DNA of 32,341 nt from Methanothrix sp. Its GTDB lineage: Archaea > Halobacteriota > Methanosarcinia > Methanotrichales > Methanotrichaceae. Shown in pieces: positions 26,937-32,341 of the stretch; within the stretch, counting starts at the first letter, position 1, and every line of letters starts with the position of its first letter. The stretch is taken from assembly GCA_040770465.1 (NCBI GenBank), contig JAXGJB010000035.1:1-32341 (forward strand), written 5' to 3'. The notes beneath the pieces were generated by a model. It did no database searches and was not told the DNA's origin. It worked only from the letters and a program-made list of their open reading frames with translations. The position numbers were made by a program, and so were the translations under genes.

Positions 26937-28643
26937 ATGAGTAAAGTAAGGCTTACGGAGACGGTTTTCAGAGATGCTCATCAATCACTGTTGGCCACCA
27001 GGATGAGGACGCGGGACATGCTCCCGATAGCAGAGAAGCTCGACGAGGTGGGCTTCTTCTCGATGGAGGTCTGGGGAGGCGCCACTTTTGACTCCTGTAT
27101 CAGATATCTCAACGAAGATCCCTGGGAGAGGCTGCGCGCCCTCAAGCTCGCCATGCCCAACACCCCCATGCAGATGCTCCTCCGGGGCCAGAACCTGGTA
27201 GGCTACCGCCACTACGCCGACGACCTGGTGGAGAAGTTCGTCGAGAGGGCGGCGGCAAACGGTGTTGACGTCTTTCGGATATTCGATGCAGTAAACGACA
27301 TCAGAAACATGCTCGTCGCCATCAAGGCCGCCAAGAAGACCGGCGCCCACGTCCAGGGCTCCGTCTGCTACACCACAAGCCCCGTCCATTCCATTGAGCA
27401 GTTCACCAGGATGGCGGCAGAGCTTGCCGACCTCGGCTGCGACTCCATCTGCATCAAGGACATGGCGGGGCTGATCCTCCCCCATGACGCCTATGATCTG
27501 GTTGCTTCGATGAAAGAGGCGGTCTCCGTCCCCATCTGCCTCCACTCTCACTGCACCAGCGGCATGGCCCCCATGAGCTTCATCTTCGCCTGCGAGGCGG
27601 GGGTCGACATCCTCGACACCGCCATATCCCCCCTGGGATGGGGGTCGTCCCATCCCCCCACCGAGAGCATCGTGGCGTCCCTGGTGGGGACCCCCTACGA
27701 GACGGGCCTCGACCTCAGGCTCTTGACCCAGATCAAGAGGTACTTCGAGAAGCTGATGGAGGTTTACGCCCCCGTCTTCAACCCCATCTCCGCTCGGGTC
27801 GACACCAACGTCCTCGTCTACCAGGTGCCGGGCGGCATGTTATCAAACCTCGTCTCCCAGCTGATCGAGCAGAAGGCCCTGGACAAGTACGACGAGGTTC
27901 TGGCGGAGATCCCGAGGGTGAGGGAAGACCTGGGGTACCCGCCCCTCGTCACCCCAACAAGCCAGATCGTGGGAAGCCAGGCGGTTCTGAACGTACTCAC
28001 CGGCGAGAGGTACAAGGCCGTACCCAAAGAGGTCAAAGATTACGTCAAGGGACTTTATGGCCGGTCGCCTGCAGAGATCAACCCCAAGATCAAGGCTGAG
28101 ATCCTGGAGGACGAGGAGCCGATAACCGTCAGGCCCGCGGACCTGATCCCCCTCGAGTACGAGAAGATGAAGGCTGAGGCGGAAGGGAAGGGGCTGGTCA
28201 GAACGGAGGAGGACATCCTCACCTACGCCCTCTACCCCCAGGTGGCGGAGAAGTTCCTCAAGGGCGAGGCGAAGGAGGAGGTCATGAAGAAGGCGGCTCC
28301 CTCGGAGGCCCAGGCCGCCGTCACCATCGGAAAGCCCGCCGCCTTCAACGTCGAGGTCGACGGCGAGGCTTATCTCGTCAAGGTAGCGCCGGCGGGGATG
28401 TCCATCGAGGCGGCTGAGCCGAAGGCCCCCAAGGACGGGGTTACCGTCCCGATGCAGGGGGTCATCATCCGCTATCAGGTGGCCAAAGGGGACAAGGTCT
28501 CCAAGGGGGACACCGTCGCCGTCCTCGAGGCGATGAAGATGGAGAACGACGTCTGCGCCAATAAAGACGGGGTCGTGGCGGAGATATACTCCGAGGTTGG
28601 GGCGACGGTATCTCCGGGCGACATATTGATGTCCATCGACTGA
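26937..28643 (+). CDS. pycB: Pyruvate carboxylase subunit B (carboxyltransferase + biotinyl domain; OadA-like)
   Basis: RDAHQSL, WGGATFD, IKDMAG, HSHCTSG, PGGM.SN and LVTPTSQIVG motifs; biotinylation motif EAMKM. Confidence 0.93.
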   Translation: MSKVRLTETVFRDAHQSLLATRMRTRDMLPIAEKLDEVGFFSMEVWGGATFDSCIRYLNEDPWERLRALKLAMPNTPMQMLLRGQNLVGYRHYADDLVEKFVERAAANGVDVFRIFDAVNDIRNMLVAIKAAKKTGAHVQGSVCYTTSPVHSIEQFTRMAAELADLGCDSICIKDMAGLILPHDAYDLVASMKEAVSVPICLHSHCTSGMAPMSFIFACEAGVDILDTAISPLGWGSSHPPTESIVASLVGTPYETGLDLRLLTQIKRYFEKLMEVYAPVFNPISARVDTNVLVYQVPGGMLSNLVSQLIEQKALDKYDEVLAEIPRVREDLGYPPLVTPTSQIVGSQAVLNVLTGERYKAVPKEVKDYVKGLYGRSPAEINPKIKAEILEDEEPITVRPADLIPLEYEKMKAEAEGKGLVRTEEDILTYALYPQVAEKFLKGEAKEEVMKKAAPSEAQAAVTIGKPAAFNVEVDGEAYLVKVAPAGMSIEAAEPKAPKDGVTVPMQGVIIRYQVAKGDKVSKGDTVAVLEAMKMENDVCANKDGVVAEIYSEVGATVSPGDILMSID

Positions 28644-28648
28644 GATCG

Positions 28649-28690
28649 TCTGCCGAATCTGGTCTGCCAAGTCTGGTCTGCCAAATCTGC
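28649..28690. repeat. Imperfect 14-bp tandem repeat TCTGCCRARTCTGS x3
   Basis: tctgccgaatctgg tctgccaagtctgg tctgccaaatctgc directly after the pycB stop. Confidence 0.8.
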
Positions 28691-28760
28691 TCAGCTGCGG
28701 AGCAGCTCAACGGGAATCAACAGGATGGAAAAAAGGGAAGGATAAGGGAAGGATCTGCGG

Positions 28761-29639
28761 ATGTCGGTCAAAAGGGAACAGGTGCTCATCGAGGCTCTCC
28801 CGTACCTCCGGGAGTTCTACGACTCGATCATGGTGATAAAGATAGGCGGGTCGATCATGTCCGATAGGGAGGTTCTGGACACTTTCGTCCAGGATCTCGT
28901 CCTCCTCCGGTACGTCGGGATTCATCCCGTCGTCGTCCACGGCGGCGGCCCTGAGATCTCCGAGAAGATGGCCCGGTTTGGAAAGAAGTCGGTCTTCGTG
29001 GGGGGGCTTCGGGTAACCGACGAGGAGACGCTGGAGATCGCGAGGATGGTTCTCGTCGGAAACATCAACTCAAGCCTGGTCACCCTCATCGGAAAGCATG
29101 GCGGCAAGGGGATCGGCCTCTCCGGGAAAGACGGCCAGCTGATCGTGGCAAGGAAGAAGGAGCCGATCGTCATCGCCGGCGAGGAGCTGCCCATCGATCT
29201 CGGCTGGGTCGGCGAGGTGGTGCGGGTGAACCCGGAGATCATCATGATCACCGCCGGGAAGGGGTACATCCCGGTTATTTCGCCCATAGCCGTCGACGGC
29301 GAGGGGAACAACCTGAACGTCAACGCCGACACCGCCGCCGGGGTGATCGCCATCGCCCTGGGCGCGAAGAAGCTGATCTCGGTGACCGACGTCGAGGGGG
29401 TGAAGCTCAAGCCCGACGATCCCCTCTCTGTCGTCTCCAGCTTCAGGATATCCGAGTTCAGAAGGATGGTCGACGAGAAGGTGATCACCGGCGGGATGAT
29501 CCCGAAGGTGGAGGCATGCGTCAAGGCCGTCGAGGGCGGGGTCCAGTCGGCCCACATCGTCGACGGCAGGACGCCTCACGCCCTCCTTCTGGAGCTATTC
29601 ACCGACACGGGCGTCGGGACGATGATCGAGAGGGGATGA
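28761..29639 (+). CDS. argB: Acetylglutamate kinase
   Basis: VIKIGG, VHGGGPEI, GLRVTD, NVNADTAA, GGMIPK and ELFTD.G.GT motifs. Confidence 0.97.
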   Translation: MSVKREQVLIEALPYLREFYDSIMVIKIGGSIMSDREVLDTFVQDLVLLRYVGIHPVVVHGGGPEISEKMARFGKKSVFVGGLRVTDEETLEIARMVLVGNINSSLVTLIGKHGGKGIGLSGKDGQLIVARKKEPIVIAGEELPIDLGWVGEVVRVNPEIIMITAGKGYIPVISPIAVDGEGNNLNVNADTAAGVIAIALGAKKLISVTDVEGVKLKPDDPLSVVSSFRISEFRRMVDEKVITGGMIPKVEACVKAVEGGVQSAHIVDGRTPHALLLELFTDTGVGTMIERG

Positions 29640-29824
29640 GGGCCCCCTCTCGGTCGGGATCGATTTTTCTTTCAACTCACGGCGGGCGGCGCCGAAAGAC
29701 CCTGGGCCTGCATCGGTCGTCGGGTTTGCGCCACCCCGCTCATCCCTCTTCGCTGGCCAACCCCCACCTACGCCAATCCCAAAAGTTAATTTATAAAAGG
29801 TCGAATCTATTGTAGGCGATTCTC

Positions 29825-30118
29825 GTGGAGAAGATCGGCGACCGGCTGAAGAGAAAACGGGACGAAGTGCTCGCCATAGCCGCGGCTCACGGGGCGAGGA
29901 ACGTCCGGGTCTTCGGCTCGGTGGCGCGAGGGGAGGAGAGGGCTGACAGCGATCTCGATCTTCTGGTGGAGATGGAGCCGGGCAGAAGCCTCCTCGATAT
30001 GGGGCGTCTCCTCATGGACCTGCAGGATCTTTTAGGCTGCGAGGTCCAGATCGCAGAGCCCGAGGCGCTTCATTGGTACGTTCGCAAAAGGGTTCTCGAA
30101 GAGGCGGTGCCGCTGTGA
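29825..30118 (+). CDS. mntA: Minimal nucleotidyltransferase antitoxin (MntA)
   Basis: FGSVARGEERADSDLD motif, 97 aa. Confidence 0.9.
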   Translation: MEKIGDRLKRKRDEVLAIAAAHGARNVRVFGSVARGEERADSDLDLLVEMEPGRSLLDMGRLLMDLQDLLGCEVQIAEPEALHWYVRKRVLEEAVPL

Positions 30119-30312
30119 AGGATGATCGGCTGTACCTGGTCCACGTCCTGGAGTGCATCGATCGGATCGAGCGTTATACTGCTGAGGGAAAGATGGCTTT
30201 TATGGCTGATGAGAGGACCCAGGACGCCGTGTTGAGGAACTTGCAGGTGCTTTCTGAATCGACCCAGCGGTTATCCGAAGATCTGAAAACGGCCCATCCA
30301 ATCTTGCTTTAG
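30115..30312 (+). pseudogene. hepT: Truncated HepT/DUF86 HEPN toxin
   Basis: GTG start overlaps the mntA stop; KDDRLYL.H.LECI...DAVLRNLQVLSES..RLS..LK.AHP, then the frame ends (ILL*) before the RX4H motif. Confidence 0.85.
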
Positions 30313-30484
30313 TAGGTAGAGCTCTAGGACTCGCCATATCTTGTTTATCGTATTCTCCGATCGAGTTCGCAACAGATTTAACTGGCATGTGCTGAGCCAT
30401 TAAAACTATCAAGGAATCCATGAGGTGGGAAAAACCGCTACATTTTCTTGCCCAAGGCACCTTAACAAGTTTGACTCCATACAC
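30301..30484 (-). mobile_element. ISL3-family transposase remnant (frameshifted internal fragment)
   Basis: GVKLVKVPWARKCSGFSHLMDSLIVLMAQHMPVKSVANSIGEYD, then, after a frameshift, NKIWRVLELY; matches the ISL3 'VPWAR..S.FT...MPV..VA...GEHD..LWR.L..Y' segment. Confidence 0.75.
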
Positions 30485-30514
30485 TTTTTACTCGATAGCG
30501 TGATGTGATAAATG

Positions 30515-31705
30515 CTATCTCTCCAGACGGAATAGCGAAGAGATTTTTTTGTTTTTTCGTTTTTCTTTTTCAAACTCAATTAAAGCAGGTAACCTCCTGT
30601 CGATATAACTTATATATGACTTTATTTTTTCAATTGATTTAACATGCTCATTTATGTCCTCCAGATTTGGATTGCCGATATCTTTACGTTCTCTGATATC
30701 AAGTATGATGCCGAACAATTTTTCGATATCTGGTACTATTTGTTGGTAATAATCTGGAAAAACATGTACAAGAGTCTCAGTAGAGATCCCATCGAGTTTT
30801 GTGCTGATCAGTTCTTGTTGATATATCAATATATACTCTAAAAGATCAAATGTAGCGCGATAAATATGTGAAAACGCCTTATTGAGGTTAGTTGATACAT
30901 AATTGTCGTACTCTGCAATTAATTCAAATCTAACTCCAAATATTCCCATCAAATGATCAAAAGCATATCTTATTTCGTTTATGGGCGGAATAAATGTGTC
31001 TTGCTGGTTTAATTGCTCCGCATATAGCATTAACTTTTTATTGACATAGTATAATTCAGTAATTACTTTTAATGATTTTACTTCATCTGCTTCAAATACG
31101 ATATCTCCGGGGGTCGTTCTGACAGGATTTATGGGAAGTTGGTCGGTTTTTGACCCAGTTGAAGCTATGACTGGAGGTTCCGAGGTCTCTGTAGAAATGC
31201 CCTGTAGAACATCACGAATCTGGGTTGACATCTTCAACATCAACTTTCTAATCTTCAGAGAATCGAGATCTTCGATAAGAATATCTCGGCAGTCAGCATA
31301 CTGGCGGGATGATATATTCTGTGCAAGCTCATCAGCGGAGCGAGCGGAGCCATTTTCGATAAGATGCGTTTCAATGTAATAAACGGGGAGGATAAGCTTT
31401 AGTCCTAGTCTCTCCTCTCGTTCCAAGAAGCGGGCTAATTCATCGCGGCAGTACTTGCTCCGAAAGAAGCTTGGCGTAATTATAGGTATGAAAAAGGTGA
31501 CCTCAGCCAGCGACTCGTCTATCCGAGCCTCCCATTCCTGGCCCCACTTTATGTCTTCACAATCCTGAAAGATGGGAAAACTCTCTCCGATGAGCTTTCG
31601 GGTTTGAGCACTCAGCTTTTCTCGAAACTCGCTCAGCCGGCCGTCATCGTCGTCTATGTGGGCGTAGCTCATGAAGGCCCCAGGATTTCGATTCTTGCCG
31701 TACAA
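30515..31705 (-). CDS. TIR-domain protein fused to an uncharacterised helical domain with an RX4H motif
   Basis: FMSYAH...FQD...WGQEW...IITPSFFRSKYCRDEL (catalytic Glu intact)...ILPVYY; Ser/Thr/Pro linker; C-terminal NEIRYAFDH...AFSHIYRATFD. Confidence 0.85.
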   Translation of the reverse strand: MYGKNRNPGAFMSYAHIDDDDGRLSEFREKLSAQTRKLIGESFPIFQDCEDIKWGQEWEARIDESLAEVTFFIPIITPSFFRSKYCRDELARFLEREERLGLKLILPVYYIETHLIENGSARSADELAQNISSRQYADCRDILIEDLDSLKIRKLMLKMSTQIRDVLQGISTETSEPPVIASTGSKTDQLPINPVRTTPGDIVFEADEVKSLKVITELYYVNKKLMLYAEQLNQQDTFIPPINEIRYAFDHLMGIFGVRFELIAEYDNYVSTNLNKAFSHIYRATFDLLEYILIYQQELISTKLDGISTETLVHVFPDYYQQIVPDIEKLFGIILDIRERKDIGNPNLEDINEHVKSIEKIKSYISYIDRRLPALIEFEKEKRKNKKISSLFRLER

Positions 31706-31802
31706 GCCTCTTCTTCCTCCGATCTCTTGTAGGACTTAATAGAAATAAACCTTAGCCTTAGCGATTTATTCTCGTCCAACTTACCTCAACAAAGTTAGTT
31801 GG

Positions 31803-32162
31803 TCAGTTTTTCTGCTCTTTCCCCTTCCCCGCCTGCTCCTGATAGCTGACCCACTTCGCGTGCTCGGTGGAGATCAGCGCCTCGACCCTCTCGGCGAAGA
31901 GGGCTTCAAGGGTGGGATTTTGGGGATCTTTGTACGGCCCGGCCCTGGCGAGCCAGAGGAACCTCTCGTGCTTCAGCCTCTCGGAGGTGGAGCGGTAGTT
32001 CGTCCAGTTCTGCTGGAACTGGTAGAGCCCCTGCACCGACTCCAGGATGACGACGATCACGCCCAGGCCGCCGGTGATCACCGGATCGGCCCGGAGCCCA
32101 GCGGCTAAAGGTAAGGGCATTTTCTTGGCGAAAGGTTCGCTCAGCCCCGAGTCGTCTACCAA
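31803..32162 (-). CDS. DUF4231/SLATT-domain membrane protein, probably 5'-truncated
   Basis: PLAAG...ITGGLGVIVVILE..Q.LYQFQQNW..YRST.E.LKHE...AGPY...ERVE.LIS.EH..W; the usual N-terminal Q..WY helix and most of TM1 are missing. Confidence 0.75.
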   Translation of the reverse strand: MVDDSGLSEPFAKKMPLPLAAGLRADPVITGGLGVIVVILESVQGLYQFQQNWTNYRSTSERLKHERFLWLARAGPYKDPQNPTLEALFAERVEALISTEHAKWVSYQEQAGKGKEQKN

Positions 32163-32166
32163 GCCT

Positions 32167-32341
32167 TCATTCGATTCGCGTTCTAAGTCGTCTCATGCGG
32201 ACTCGATGGGTTTCGACTACGGAGAAATGGCCTTCCCAGTCGTCCCTTGACCGAATCGCCTCTGAAAGAAATCGGGCCGCTTCGGCTGGAGAATTCATGG
32301 GCATCCTGAAGAGAATAATTCCGGATGCGGCCGGGTGCTTC
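32167..32341 (-). CDS. C-terminus of a DUF5615-family PIN-like toxin (runs off the window edge)
   Basis: Minus strand reads KHPAASGIILFRMPMNSPAEAARFLSEAIRSRDDWEGHFSVVETHRVRMRRLRTRIE*, matching the GIILFR...GxFSVV...RIR tail of DUF5615; not in the ORF track. Confidence 0.7.
   Translation of the reverse strand, partial: KHPAASGIILFRMPMNSPAEAARFLSEAIRSRDDWEGHFSVVETHRVRMRRLRTRIE

Noticed and set aside
30073-30114. ORF-track start for the second HEPN gene
   Set aside because: It lies inside mntA; the GTG at 30115 overlapping the mntA stop matches the family N-terminus.

Overview
GC-rich archaeal chromosomal segment, most consistent with a Methanothrix/Methanocrinis-like (Methanosaeta harundinacea-type) methanogen; this assignment is inferred from DUF1699 paralogs, a COG1361 protein, BRE/TATA promoters and a BHB-intron tRNA. 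Housekeeping genes are a CooC-like ATPase, a TrmB regulator with a COG1361/ABC exporter operon, a Vms1-like release factor, intron-containing tRNA-Arg(TCG), an NfnA/SudB-like flavoprotein, hisF, pycB and argB. They are interleaved with four accessory patches. (i) A decaying metal-uptake locus with gene remnants and two TA modules (0.6-5.1 kb). (ii) A Type IIG restriction-modification gene with an AT-rich, apparently swapped specificity region, plus a degenerate copy of its own 3' end on the far side of hicBA (19.3-23.2 kb). (iii) A tandem array of four DUF1699 paralogs, each with its own conserved promoter; three end in a conserved hairpin that includes the stop codon (23.3-26.1 kb). (iv) A defence-like island at the right end: MNT plus a truncated HEPN gene, an ISL3 remnant, a TIR protein fused to an RX4H-containing helical domain, a 5'-truncated SLATT/DUF4231 gene and a PIN/DUF5615 fragment. 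The best candidates for undescribed biology are the DUF1699 array with its hairpins and promoter box, and the SLATT + TIR-RX4H module. All family assignments come from motif recognition by eye; no database searches were run.
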